From assembly GCA_963792415.1 (NCBI GenBank), contig CAWBVY010000004.1:32001-96000 (forward strand): a stretch of 64,000 nt of DNA, given 5' to 3'. Origin of the DNA: Candidatus Deferrimicrobiaceae bacterium. Its GTDB lineage: Bacteria; Desulfobacterota; Deferrimicrobia; Deferrimicrobiales; Deferrimicrobiaceae. This document shows positions 9,780 to 19,908 of the stretch, one piece after another (position 1 is the first letter of the stretch; each line of letters opens with the position of its first letter). The translations under genes were made by a program, and so were the position numbers. The notes under the pieces were generated by a model. That model was not told the origin of the DNA and ran no database searches. It saw only the letters and a list, made by a program, of their open reading frames with translations.

Positions 9780-11408
9780 TCAGAGCCGGTTCACGATGAG
9801 GATACCTTCATCGGACCGGTAGAGCAACCGGTGGCCGGGGAACTTCTCGCGAAACAGGGGAAGCTTGTCCCTGCGACCCACGCAGAAGACGCGGGCCGGC
9901 GAATTCCACAGGACGAGGAACGCCGCGTCGTCGAGGAAGAACGCTTTCCGGTCCGCCGCCCGGTCTGCACCGAACTCGAGCTCCCCCACGTAGCCCACGA
10001 GGACGCATCGCCGCTTCGTGTAGAAGGGAAGCCCCTGGCGATACGTCTCGTACTGCGCCACGACGTCGCCCTCGCGCAGGGAGGCGGAGAGGACGGCGGA
10101 GAGCTTCTTCACGGACTTGTAGTTTCCGAGATACTCCGCCGCCGGGCGGTTGAGGGAGGAGAGGAACAGGGCGAGGAGCAGGAACGACAGGCAGACGACC
10201 CGCTCCGCCGAGAGCCGGCGGACGAACAGCGGCATCACGCCCCACGCAAGGATCAGCGCCGCGGGTAGGGCGCACAGCGGGACCCACCGCGACGGCTCGA
10301 TCGGGTACCGTGTGAACGAGGGAAACAGCACGATCCCGGCGGAAAGAATCGCCCCCAACGCGAGGGGAAACCGGCAACGGACGCTCCCATCCTCCCGGTC
10401 GACCCACAGGTCGAGTGCGCGCCCGAAGAGGACGGCGAGCGGAGGGAACAGCGGCGCCGCGTAGGTGACGAGCTTCGAGCCGGAGAAGGAGAAGAAGAGG
10501 AAGATGAAAAGGACCCAGCAGAAGAGGAACCGCCGGTCCTCCGCGGGCAGGTAGGTCCCCCGCGCATCCCATGCGGCGCGAACGGCGCGGCGCGCGAAGG
10601 CCAGCCACGGAAGAAGTCCCCCGATCACGATGGGGAAGAAGAACCAGAACGGCTCGTAATGATGGTGCATCTTCGTCGTGAAGCGCAGGAAGTGCTCCCG
10701 GACGAAGAAGAACCAGAGGAAATCCGGGTTCGCCCGCTGCACGAGGAGGACCCACGGCAGGGCGATCGCCAGGAACAGGGCGAGCCCGGGGAGGGAGATC
10801 GCCTTTCCGATCTCCCGTTGACGCCGGGACAGCACCATCCAGAGGACGAGGATCGCCGCGGGGAAGACGATCCCGATCAACCCCTTCGCGAGGAACGCGA
10901 GGGCGGCGCCCGCGTACGAGAGGAGCAGGTACCTCCGGCTCTCCCGCTTCCCCGACAGATGGAGGTAGGCGGGAAATATCGCGAGGACCATCGTGACGGC
11001 GAGCGTCATGTCGAGGGTGTTGATCCGCCCGACGATGTAGTGGTAGAGGGAGGTGCAGAGCACCATCGCGGAGAAGAGGCCGGCCCGGGGACCCGCGAGA
11101 ACCGCGCCCATCCAGTACGTGAGGAGCACCCCCGCGATCGAAACGGTGGCGGTGAAGAGCCTCGCCGAGAACTCGCTCTCCCCGAAGAGGGCGAAGGAGA
11201 CCGCGTTTCCCCAGTAGAAGAGCGGCGGTTTCTCGAGGTAGACCACGCCGTTCAGGTGCGGGGTGACGAAGTCGCCCCGGGCGAGCATCTCCCTCGGGAT
11301 CTCCGCGTACCGCCCTTCGTCGGGCTCGAGGAGAGGGAGGGTTCCCAGCCCGGTGTAGTAGATGACCGCGACGGAGAGGAAGAAGAGCGCGACGGCGCGA
11401 CGGCTCAA
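9780..11408 (-). CDS. arnT: Lipid A L-Ara4N transferase (GT39/PMT family)
   Basis: EPDEGRYAEIPREM, YLEKPPL, LAKG motifs with many TM helices. TTG 11408 follows GGAGG. Confidence 0.88.
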   Translation of the reverse strand: MSRRAVALFFLSVAVIYYTGLGTLPLLEPDEGRYAEIPREMLARGDFVTPHLNGVVYLEKPPLFYWGNAVSFALFGESEFSARLFTATVSIAGVLLTYWMGAVLAGPRAGLFSAMVLCTSLYHYIVGRINTLDMTLAVTMVLAIFPAYLHLSGKRESRRYLLLSYAGAALAFLAKGLIGIVFPAAILVLWMVLSRRQREIGKAISLPGLALFLAIALPWVLLVQRANPDFLWFFFVREHFLRFTTKMHHHYEPFWFFFPIVIGGLLPWLAFARRAVRAAWDARGTYLPAEDRRFLFCWVLFIFLFFSFSGSKLVTYAAPLFPPLAVLFGRALDLWVDREDGSVRCRFPLALGAILSAGIVLFPSFTRYPIEPSRWVPLCALPAALILAWGVMPLFVRRLSAERVVCLSFLLLALFLSSLNRPAAEYLGNYKSVKKLSAVLSASLREGDVVAQYETYRQGLPFYTKRRCVLVGYVGELEFGADRAADRKAFFLDDAAFLVLWNSPARVFCVGRRDKLPLFREKFPGHRLLYRSDEGILIVNRL

Positions 11409-11447
11409 GCTGCGCCTCCGAAGTAGGTTCGTGGCGGCATGCACCGG

Positions 11448-11500
11448 ATTATATCCCAATCCGCGGCGCGCGGATCCCGCGGCGCGCGGTCTGCTATAAT
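11448..11500. promoter_or_regulatory. Divergent -10 boxes (arnT / cytochrome P460) flanking a 13-bp direct repeat
   Basis: ATTATA (TATAAT on minus) at 11448-11453 and TGCTATAAT at 11492-11500. CCGCGGCGCGCGG occurs twice between them. Confidence 0.55.
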
Positions 11501-11539
11501 GTGCGGCGACGTTCGAGCCGACCCGAAAAGGAGAATTTC

Positions 11540-12040
11540 ATGCGTCACCTCGCCGCTCCAATCGTCGCCCTGCTCGCCGCCGCGTGGGCCCTGTCCCTCC
11601 CCTTCCCCGCCGCCACCGCCGCGGATATCGTCGCCGCCCCGACCGGGGTGACGATCCCGAAGGGGTACCGGAACTGGCAGGTCGTCGCCCCGTCCCAGCG
11701 CGACGACAAGGACGAGATCCGGGTGATCCTCGGAAACAACATCGCGATGAGGGCCCTTCGCGCGAAGCGGCTCCCCTTTCCGGACGGCGCGATCCTCGCG
11801 AAGCTGGCGTGGAAGCGGGTCAAGTCCGCAGAGTTCGACAACACCTTCGTCCCCGGCGAACCGCAGCGGATCGAATTCATGGTGAAGGATACGAAACGGT
11901 ACGCCTCCACCGGCGGCTGGGGATTCGGCCGGTTCATCGATGGGAAGCCCGCCGACGAGGCGGCCCACGCCACCTGTTTCCCCTGTCACCAGGTCAACGT
12001 CAAGAATCACGATTTCGTCTTCACGCGATACGCACCGTAA
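11540..12040 (+). CDS. Cytochrome P460 family protein
   Basis: Signal peptide, PKGYRNW, RVILGN, PFPDGAILAK, FMVKDTKRYASTGGWGF and a single C-terminal CFPCH. AGGAG RBS. Confidence 0.9.
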   Translation: MRHLAAPIVALLAAAWALSLPFPAATAADIVAAPTGVTIPKGYRNWQVVAPSQRDDKDEIRVILGNNIAMRALRAKRLPFPDGAILAKLAWKRVKSAEFDNTFVPGEPQRIEFMVKDTKRYASTGGWGFGRFIDGKPADEAAHATCFPCHQVNVKNHDFVFTRYAP

Positions 12041-12062
12041 CGCGGGGCCAAGGGACCGTTTC

Positions 12063-12872
12063 ATGGGATTCCACGTCACGCCGCTGCGCAGCGGAAGTTC
12101 CGGGAACCTGACGCTCGTGGAGCACGCGGGGACCGTCCTCCTGGTCGACGCGGGGTTGCCGTCCCAGCGAGGTCTCGTGGCCGCGCTCGAAGAGGTCGAC
12201 CGCTCCTGGGACGACGTGGACGCGCTGCTGGTCTCCCACCTCCACAGCGACCATGTGAACGGCTCCGCGGTGGGATGCTGCGCCCGGTTCGAGATTCCGA
12301 TCCACCTCCACCGGAGAAACCTGGACGGGTTCTCGAAGAAGGTTCTCTCCCGGTCCCCCGGTTCCTGTCCTGTCCGCCCCTTCACGGACGGAGAGGCGTT
12401 CTCGATCGGGGCGATCGGGATCGAGCCGTTCCGCGTTCCCCACGACGCGCGGGGAGTCACCTGCGGATTCGCCCTCACCTCGGCCTCCCGCGACGTCCGC
12501 GTCTCGATGGCGACCGATCTCGGCCAGAACGAGAACGGCGTCTTCGAGCGGTTCCTCGACAGCGACCTGATCCTGATCGAGGCGAACTACGACGAAGAGA
12601 TGCTGAACCGGAGCCCCCGGCTCGATCGGGGACGGGTGGGGTCGAGCGTGGGGCACTTTTCGAACGCCCAGGCCGGAAAATTCCTGGTGCGGGTCCTCCA
12701 GGAGAGCCGGAAGGCGCCGCAGGCCGTCGTACTGTGCCACTTGAGCGCGGACCACAACACGCCGGAACTGGCCCGCCGCACCGTTCGTGGGATCCTCTCC
12801 GACCACCGCTTCGGCGACGTGCCGGTCCACGCGGCCCGCAGGGAAGGGCCGTCGCGGAAATTCACCGTTTGA
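12063..12872 (+). CDS. MBL-fold metallo-hydrolase (YycJ/WalJ-like)
   Basis: LRSGSSGN, SHLHSDH, VPHDA, ATDLG, EANYD, CHLS motifs. Confidence 0.85.
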   Translation: MGFHVTPLRSGSSGNLTLVEHAGTVLLVDAGLPSQRGLVAALEEVDRSWDDVDALLVSHLHSDHVNGSAVGCCARFEIPIHLHRRNLDGFSKKVLSRSPGSCPVRPFTDGEAFSIGAIGIEPFRVPHDARGVTCGFALTSASRDVRVSMATDLGQNENGVFERFLDSDLILIEANYDEEMLNRSPRLDRGRVGSSVGHFSNAQAGKFLVRVLQESRKAPQAVVLCHLSADHNTPELARRTVRGILSDHRFGDVPVHAARREGPSRKFTV

Positions 12873-12933
12873 CCTTGAATACTTCGAGCGTCGGATCCGT
12901 CAAAATAGCGCGAGAAATCGCGGGAGGGTGTTC

Positions 12934-13554
12934 ATGCGAACCATCGTGAGCCTCGCGGCGATCGCCGCCCTGTTCCTGTCGATCCTGTCCGGTTGTGCGG
13001 CGCAAAACGGGGGGGTGCGGGAGCATCAGGGGGCGGCGGTCGGCGTCGGGGCCGGGGCGGTGGGCGGCGCGGTCGTCGGAGGGCTGCTCGGCGGAAAGCG
13101 CGGCGCGGTCGCCGGCGGGCTCCTGGGCGCACTCGCCGGCGGGCTCCTGGGCAACTACCACGACGAGCGGGAGAAAAATCTCGCGGAGACGCGGCGCGCT
13201 CACACGGACTACGACGCGGCCAAGGGATCGCGCCTCAAGATCGAGCAGCTCCGGGCCAACCCCCCCGCGGCCGCCCCCGGCGACACGGTCGAGATCCAGC
13301 TGACGTACGCCGTCCTCACCCCGAGGGAAGACGTGATGGTCCCCGTCCGGGAGTACCGGGAGATCCTCTTCGGGGGCAGCAAGGTGGGGGAGGCCTCGGT
13401 CGACATCGAGCGCGAGGGTGGCACCTGGCGCTCCGTCGTCTCCATCACGCTCCCCGGGAACGCCCGTCCGGGGAAGTACCGCGTCGTCGCCTCGGTGGAG
13501 TCTCGAGGCGGCGGGAAGGACATCGAGGAGATCACGTTCCGCGTACACCCGTGA
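12934..13554 (+). CDS. Glycine-zipper lipoprotein
   Basis: Lipobox LSGC followed by [18 protein letters not shown]...GALAGGLLG. Confidence 0.8.
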   Translation: MRTIVSLAAIAALFLSILSGCAAQNGGVREHQGAAVGVGAGAVGGAVVGGLLGGKRGAVAGGLLGALAGGLLGNYHDEREKNLAETRRAHTDYDAAKGSRLKIEQLRANPPAAAPGDTVEIQLTYAVLTPREDVMVPVREYREILFGGSKVGEASVDIEREGGTWRSVVSITLPGNARPGKYRVVASVESRGGGKDIEEITFRVHP

Positions 13555-13606
13555 TGCGCTCCTCGGCGGTGATCCCTTCCCTTGCCGTTTCCGGTACAAT
13601 CGGGAG

Positions 13607-15823
13607 ATGATGAAGACCACCCTCCGGAAGCAGGACCTCGACCTCCTCGTCGGCGCCCGTCACTGGGACCCCTTCTCCGTCCTCGGCCCCCATGTCCTGG
13701 AAGAGAAAGGAAAGCGTTTCGTCTCCGTACGGGCGATCCAGCCCCGGGCCCGCGAGGTCCAGGTGGTGCGCACCACCGGCGCGACGCGGCGCGCCTCCAT
13801 GTCCCGCGTCCACCCCGACGGGGTGTTCGAGGCGCTCTTCCCGCTCGACACCGAGATCTTCCCGTATCGGCTCGAGATCACCGGTAGCGACGGCTACCGG
13901 TGGACGCAGCACGACCCCTACGCGTTCGGGACGGTCCTCGCCGATTTCGACATCCACCTCCTGTCCGAAGGGAGCCACCTGGCGCAGTACGAGAAGCTGG
14001 GGAGCCATGTCGTCGACATCGGCGGAACCCGGGGCACGGCGTTCGCGGTGTGGGCGCCCAACGCGGAGCGCGTCTCCGTCGTCTGCAATTTCAACCATTG
14101 GGACGGCCGCGTGCACCCGATGCGCAACCGGGGAGCTTCCGGGATCTGGGAAATCTTCCTCCCCGGCGTCGTCGAGGAGGAGGTCTACAAGTACGAGATC
14201 CGCGCCCGGGGCACGGGCGAACTGCTCGCCAAGACCGACCCGTTCGGCTTCCGATTCGAGCTCCCGCCGCGGACGGGAACGATCGTCTGCGACATCGAAG
14301 GGTACGAGTGGGGGGACGCCTCCTGGATGGAGAGCCGCGCGCAGCGAAGCATCCTCGAGGCGCCCATGGCGGTGTACGAGGTCCACCTGGGCTCCTGGAA
14401 ACGGAAGGAGGGCGAGGAGGGGCCGTACCTGTCGTACCGGGAATTGGCCGACGACCTCGTCCCCTACGTCAAGGGGATGGGATACACCCACATCGAGCTC
14501 CTCCCGGTGGCGGAGCATCCGTTCGACGGTTCGTGGGGGTACCAGGTGCTGGGGTACTTCGCGCCGACGTCGCGCCACGGCCGCCCGGCCGGGTTCATGG
14601 AGTTCGTCGACCGGTGCCACCGCGAGGGGATCGGCGTCATCGTCGACTGGGTGCCGGCCCACTTTCCCCGCGACGCCCACGGGCTGGCGCAGTTCGACGG
14701 GACCCACCTCTACGAGCACGCCGACCCGCGGCGGGGGGAACAGCGCGAGTGGGGAACGCTCATCTTCAACTACGGACGCCGGGAGGTGGCGAACTTCCTC
14801 CTGTCGAACGCCCTCTTCTGGCTGGACAAGTACCACATCGACGGCCTTCGCGTGGACGCCGTGGCGTCGATGCTCTACCTCGACTACTCCCGGAAACCGG
14901 GCGAGTGGGTCCCGAACGTCCACGGGGGGAACGAGAACCTCGAAGCGATCGCCTTTCTCAAGCGGATGAACGAACTGGTCCACGAACGGCACCCCGGGGC
15001 GATCACGGTGGCGGAGGAGTCGACCGCCTGGCCGGCCGTGTCGCGGCCGACGTACCTCGGGGGGCTCGGGTTCACCCTGAAGTGGAACATGGGATGGATG
15101 CACGACATGCTCTCCTTCATCGCGAAGGATCCGATCCACCGGAAATACCACTTCGGCCAGCTCACCTTCGCCCTGCTGTACGCCTTCCACGAAAACTTCG
15201 TCCTCCCCTTCTCCCACGACGAGGTCGTGCACCTGAAGCGCGCGATGCTCGACAAGATGCCGGGCGACCTCTGGAGGAAGTTCGCCAACCTCCGGCTCCT
15301 CTACTCCTACATGTACGCCCACCCGGGAAAGAAGCTCCTTTTCATGGGGGGGGAGTTCGCCCAGTGGGAGGAGTGGAACCACGACAAGTCGCTCTCCTGG
15401 GAGCTGCTCCAGTGGGACACCCACCAGGGGGTGCAGCGGTTCGTCCGGGACCTGAACCGCCTCTACCGGGAAACCCCCGGGCTCCACGAGGTCGACTTCC
15501 GACCCGAAGGCTTCGAGTGGATCGACTTCCGGGACGTGGACAACAGCATCGTCTCGTTCCTGCGCCGCGGGAAGGATCCGGACGACGCCGTCGTCTGCGT
15601 CTTCAACTTCACCCCCGCCCCGAGAGAGAAGTACCGCGTCGGCGTCCCCTGGCCCGGGCGATACCGCGAGGCGCTGAACAGCGACGCCGCGGCCTACGGC
15701 GGGAGCAACGCCGGAAACGGCGGCCTCATCCCGGCGGAGAGCATCCCGTGGATGGGGCATCCCCATTCCGTCTCCCTCACACTTCCACCGCTGGGCGCTC
15801 TTTTTCTCCTGCCCGACCGGTAG
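13607..15823 (+). CDS. glgB: 1,4-alpha-glucan branching enzyme
   Basis: [39 protein letters not shown] motifs. Confidence 0.96.
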   Translation: MMKTTLRKQDLDLLVGARHWDPFSVLGPHVLEEKGKRFVSVRAIQPRAREVQVVRTTGATRRASMSRVHPDGVFEALFPLDTEIFPYRLEITGSDGYRWTQHDPYAFGTVLADFDIHLLSEGSHLAQYEKLGSHVVDIGGTRGTAFAVWAPNAERVSVVCNFNHWDGRVHPMRNRGASGIWEIFLPGVVEEEVYKYEIRARGTGELLAKTDPFGFRFELPPRTGTIVCDIEGYEWGDASWMESRAQRSILEAPMAVYEVHLGSWKRKEGEEGPYLSYRELADDLVPYVKGMGYTHIELLPVAEHPFDGSWGYQVLGYFAPTSRHGRPAGFMEFVDRCHREGIGVIVDWVPAHFPRDAHGLAQFDGTHLYEHADPRRGEQREWGTLIFNYGRREVANFLLSNALFWLDKYHIDGLRVDAVASMLYLDYSRKPGEWVPNVHGGNENLEAIAFLKRMNELVHERHPGAITVAEESTAWPAVSRPTYLGGLGFTLKWNMGWMHDMLSFIAKDPIHRKYHFGQLTFALLYAFHENFVLPFSHDEVVHLKRAMLDKMPGDLWRKFANLRLLYSYMYAHPGKKLLFMGGEFAQWEEWNHDKSLSWELLQWDTHQGVQRFVRDLNRLYRETPGLHEVDFRPEGFEWIDFRDVDNSIVSFLRRGKDPDDAVVCVFNFTPAPREKYRVGVPWPGRYREALNSDAAAYGGSNAGNGGLIPAESIPWMGHPHSVSLTLPPLGALFLLPDR

Positions 15824-17056
15824 ATGATCCCCCCCGGGAACGGCGCGGTCGCCTCGACGTTCCGGGGGCTGCGCCACCGCAATTTCCGCCTCTGGTTCTT
15901 CGGCCAGCTCACCTCCCTGGTGGGCACCTGGATGCAGACGATCGCCCAGAACTGGCTCGTCTACCAGCTCACCGGCTCCGCGCGGGACCTCGGGCTCGTG
16001 AACTTCGTCGGGGCGATCCCCCTCGTTCCCCTCACCCTCTACGCCGGGGCGATCGCCGACCGCTTCGAGAAGCGCAGGGTGATCTTCTGGTGCCAGGCCG
16101 CGATGATGGCCCTCGCGTTCCTGCTCGCCGCCCTGTGCTGGACGGGGACGGTCCGCTTCTGGCACGTCCTCCTCCTGGCTTTCCTGCTCGGGGCCGTGCA
16201 GGCGCTGGACACTCCCGCCCGGCAAGCCTTCGTCGTGGAACTGGTGGGGAAGGAGGACCTGTCGAACGCCATCGCCCTCAACTCCGGGGTATTCCACGCC
16301 GCGCGCGTCGTCGGCCCCGCCGCGGCCGGGGTACTCATCGCAGTCTCGGGCGTCGCGGGCGCCTTCTTCATCAACGGGGCGAGCTTCCTCGCCGTTCTGT
16401 TCGCCCTCTTCCTTATGGACGTGGCCCTGATCCGCCGGACCGGCGGGGGGGGCGAATCCGCGAAGGACCTTCTTGGCGGGCTGCGGTACCTCCGGAGGGA
16501 GCGCCTCCCGCGGGCCATCGTCGTCCTGATCTCGCTGTCGGCCCTTTTCGCCATGCCGTACTACGTGCTGATCCCCATCTACGCGCGGGAGATCTTCGGT
16601 CGCGGGGCCCAGGGGTACGGGGTTCTGATGTCCGCGGCGGGAGTCGGCGCGGTCCTCGGGTCGCTCTACTCCGCGTCGCACAGCGTCGGCACGCACAAGG
16701 GGGCGGCCATCACGGCGGGGAGCCTGACGTTCCCCTTCCTGCTGCTGCCGTTCGCCTTCTGCAGAAGCTACCCGGTCGCCATCCTGCTCCTGGTCGGGGT
16801 CGGTTTCGCCTTCGTGGTGCAGAACGCCCCGGCGAATTCCCTCTTGCAGGAATTGGTGCCGGATCACCTGCGCGGGCGGGTGATGGCGATCTACGTCTCC
16901 CTCTTCCTCGGCCTCCTGCGGGTGGGAAGCCTCCTGCTCGGGGGGCTGGCGGAGATGACCTCCGCCCCCGCCGCCATCGCCGCCCTCGGCGCCGCGGGCC
17001 TGCTCGTCGGCCTGTGGGTCCGCTTCCGGTACCCGGAGCTCCACCGCGCCGCGTGA
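15824..17056 (+). CDS. MFS transporter (MFS_3/EntS-like)
   Basis: FRGLRHRNFRLWFFGQLTSLVGTWMQ, AGAIADRFEKRR, PARQAF, RGRVM motifs; about 12 TM. Confidence 0.9.
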   Translation: MIPPGNGAVASTFRGLRHRNFRLWFFGQLTSLVGTWMQTIAQNWLVYQLTGSARDLGLVNFVGAIPLVPLTLYAGAIADRFEKRRVIFWCQAAMMALAFLLAALCWTGTVRFWHVLLLAFLLGAVQALDTPARQAFVVELVGKEDLSNAIALNSGVFHAARVVGPAAAGVLIAVSGVAGAFFINGASFLAVLFALFLMDVALIRRTGGGGESAKDLLGGLRYLRRERLPRAIVVLISLSALFAMPYYVLIPIYAREIFGRGAQGYGVLMSAAGVGAVLGSLYSASHSVGTHKGAAITAGSLTFPFLLLPFAFCRSYPVAILLLVGVGFAFVVQNAPANSLLQELVPDHLRGRVMAIYVSLFLGLLRVGSLLLGGLAEMTSAPAAIAALGAAGLLVGLWVRFRYPELHRAA

Positions 17057-17070
17057 AATATAATCGTCAC

Positions 17071-17844
17071 ATGCGAACAAAACGGTTCGCCGGCCTGGTA
17101 CTGCTCACCCTGCTCTGGGCATCGCACGCCTTCGCCTGGTCGTTCGCGGTGTGCGGCGACAGCCAGGACGACAGGGACGGGATCTTCCCGCAGATCCTTT
17201 CCGCCGTGGACAACTCCGACATGGAGTTCCTGCTCCACACGGGAGACATGGTCAACAGGGACGCGCCCGGCGAGTGAGACCTGTACCGCGAGGCGACGGC
17301 AAGGTTCGGCAAGCCGCTGCGCGTCGTGATCGGGAACCACGAGATCTACGGCGGGGGGACGCCAGAGAAGTTCGCGGAGAGGTTCGGCCTCCCCGGCGCA
17401 TCCTGGTCGTTCACCCACAAGGACGCCCACTTTGCGATCGTCGACAACTCTAAGGGGACCTTCTCCGACAATGCCCTCGGGTGGCTCGACCGCGACCTCG
17501 CCGCCCACCCGAAGGGGAAGGACGGGATCGCGACCCTCATCGTGGCGATGCACTTTCCCCCGACCCCGGAAGGGATCCGCCCCCACGGGACCCGGTACGA
17601 CTACGAGGAGCGGAGCGCGAAGCTTCTCGGGATCCTGAAGCGGCACGGCGTGGACGCCGTCCTGAGCGGCCACGAGCACATGCAGCATGTGGAGGATTGG
17701 GAAGGGGTCCTGCTGCTGATCTCCGGCGGCGCGGGCGCCCCGCTCGCGCCGTTCCAGAGGTACGGATACTACCGGATCGACGTCGAGAACGGCAAGCTGA
17801 AGGAAACGTTCCAGCGCGTCCGGCCCGCCAAAAAACCCCGATAA
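17071..17844 (+). pseudogene. Secreted calcineurin-like metallophosphoesterase interrupted by an in-frame TGA (17275-17277)
   Basis: Signal peptide, VCGD and HTGDMV before the TGA; GNHE, MH and GHEH after it in the same frame. Confidence 0.8.
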
Positions 17845-17864
17845 CAGGATCGCAAAAGCGAAAT

Positions 17865-17897
17865 CGGCGCCGGGGGAACAATCCCCCGGCGCCGGTT
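17865..17897. terminator. Bidirectional intrinsic terminator-like hairpin
   Basis: CGGCGCCGGGGGA-ACAA-TCCCCCGGCGCCG, a 13-bp perfect stem between convergent genes. Confidence 0.75.
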
Positions 17898-17918
17898 TCC
17901 GTTCAGGACACGGTTATA

Positions 17919-19160
17919 TCAGGGGGCCGCGGCGTCGGCGCCTTCGGAGACCGGCTCGGCGTGCATCTCCTGCCACGGCGGAAGGATCTTCGTCAGGACC
18001 GCGAGAATGACGATCGGCAGCGCGAGCAGCGCGATCGAGTAGAGAAGCCCCTCCAACCCCCCGAACTCCATCTTGTACGTGGTGAGGCCGCGGAAGCTCT
18101 TCGAGAACATCTGTCCGCCGATGACGACGTTCCACCGCGTCGCGAAGATCCCGAACTGGATGAGGATCACGGCGATGAAGTAGACCATCTTCCGCAGGTC
18201 CTCGTTCAGGTGGAAGCGCCTCCAGAAGATCTTCGTGAGGGAGATGAGGGTCAGGGGAACCAGCATCCCGAGCAGGACCTGGATGATGATGAGGCTAGCG
18301 AACAGCTTGTTCATCACCATCTCGGAGAGGATCTTGATCTCCTCCTCGCTCTGGTACACCCGGTGGATGAAGTCGACGAGCTCGAGGGAGAAGTCGACGA
18401 TGACGGCGTAGAAGAGGAAGTCGACCGCCTTGTCGACGCACTTCATGCTGATCTTCCCGCCCGTCAGCGGCGTGATGACCATGTAGAGCAGGATGACCAG
18501 CGCGATCCCGGAGACGATGGCGGAGAAGAGGAAGACGATCGGAATGAGCACGCTGCTCCACCACGGGTTCGCCTTGATCGAACCGAAGATGAACCCGACG
18601 TACCCGTGGAGGAGGAAGGCGGACGGGATGCCGACGATGGTGATCACCTTGAGCGCCTTGTGGTCGAACGCGACCGCCCGCTCGCCCGTGTCGCGGGAAT
18701 AAAGGGCCAGCGCCCGGTGGATGTGCCGCATCACCCCCGTCTCCTGCTCCGCCCACGCGATCATGTCCGTCCGGTGGACGAACCAGATCTCGAGGAGGAG
18801 GACGGCCATCAGGTACCAGGCGTAGACGAAGCCGAACATCGCCATCGCCGAGGAGGTCTGCGGGGTCAGGAGGATTTCGTAGAACCGCCCCGGGTGCCCG
18901 AGGTGCGACACCAGGGCCATCGGCGCCACGAGGAGGTACGCGAGCGCGGTGAGGAGCGAGAGGCGGTAGAGCGGCTGGACCTCCTTCACGTTGAACACCT
19001 TCACCAGCGACGCGAGGATGAAGGCCCCCGCGACGACTCCGGTGATGTAGGGATAGACGACGATCAGCAGTCCCCAGTGGATCTCGATCTCGTTCGGGTA
19101 GATGTACCCCTGGATCTGGGGGAGCAGCTCACGAAGGGTGTGTATGAATTCGGGGTTCAT
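17919..19160 (-). CDS. NrfD/PsrC family quinol-interacting membrane subunit (module 2)
   Basis: WGLLIVVYPYITGVVAGAF, HLGHPGR, TSSAM, RWNVVIGGQ motifs; about 10 TM. Confidence 0.9.
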   Translation of the reverse strand: MNPEFIHTLRELLPQIQGYIYPNEIEIHWGLLIVVYPYITGVVAGAFILASLVKVFNVKEVQPLYRLSLLTALAYLLVAPMALVSHLGHPGRFYEILLTPQTSSAMAMFGFVYAWYLMAVLLLEIWFVHRTDMIAWAEQETGVMRHIHRALALYSRDTGERAVAFDHKALKVITIVGIPSAFLLHGYVGFIFGSIKANPWWSSVLIPIVFLFSAIVSGIALVILLYMVITPLTGGKISMKCVDKAVDFLFYAVIVDFSLELVDFIHRVYQSEEEIKILSEMVMNKLFASLIIIQVLLGMLVPLTLISLTKIFWRRFHLNEDLRKMVYFIAVILIQFGIFATRWNVVIGGQMFSKSFRGLTTYKMEFGGLEGLLYSIALLALPIVILAVLTKILPPWQEMHAEPVSEGADAAAP

Positions 19161-19908
19161 CGGACTTCTCCGTCAAGGCTCGCGTAGTAGACTTTCGGCT
19201 CGGTGTTCAGCCCGGGCTTCAGGACGTGGATCTTGTTCATCCGAAGGAACCGGGACATCGGACTCGCCGCCGCGTTCAGGTCGCCGAAGATCCGCGTCTG
19301 GGTCGGGCACACCTCGACGCAGGCGGGGAGGAGCCCGTGCGAGATCCGGTGGTAGCAGAAGGTGCACTTGTCGGCGGTCCGGGTCACCGGGTGGAGATAC
19401 CTGGCGCCGTACGGGCACGCCTGGATGCAGTACCGGCACCCGATGCACGTCTTCTCGTTCACGAGGACCACGCCGTCCTTCGTCTGGAACGTGGCCCCGA
19501 CGGGACAGACCTGGACACAGGGGGGCTCGCGCACTGGTTGCACAGCTTCGGCACGAAGAAGGAGCGCAGGATCGACTTGTCCGAAGCGGTCTCGGGCGAC
19601 GGCTCCTCGTTCGGCCCGATCGCCTTGACCGTCGTGTCCCCGTTTTTCCGGAGGATGTACCGCTCGACCCACGTCCGGAAGAAGAACGGCTCCCTGGGAA
19701 CGTTGTTTTCGTTCTTGCACGCCTCCATGCACCGCGCGCAGCCGATGCACTTGTCGACGGAGACCCCGAACCCGTACCACTTCTGCCCCTTCGGGAGGGC
19801 CTCCCGCGCGTCCGCCCTCGATGGCAGTATCTTCAGGATCCCCCCGATCGCTCCCCCGGAGAGGAGAACCGAGACGAAACCTCTCAGGAATGTCCTGCGG
19901 CCGTTCAC
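19157..19908 (-). CDS. Tat-exported 4x[4Fe-4S] NrfC-like subunit, frameshifted at a homopolymer (19520-19525)
   Basis: GRRTFL Tat motif, CIGCARCMEAC and LCNQC in one frame; PPCVQVCP, CIGCRYCIQACP and KCTFC...PACVEVCP in another frame. Confidence 0.85.

Noticed and set aside
13532-17277. Very long alternative ORFs (1182 aa minus, 1125 aa plus) and similar ones such as 1966-4656, 33474-36281 and 55841-58528
   Set aside because: These are shadow ORFs expected at high GC3. They are Arg/Pro/Gly-rich, motif-free and overlap well-supported genes.
17275-17277. Genome-wide UGA=Trp/Gly recoding
   Set aside because: Many intact genes here end at TGA at their expected C-termini (xfp, typA, glnQ-like).
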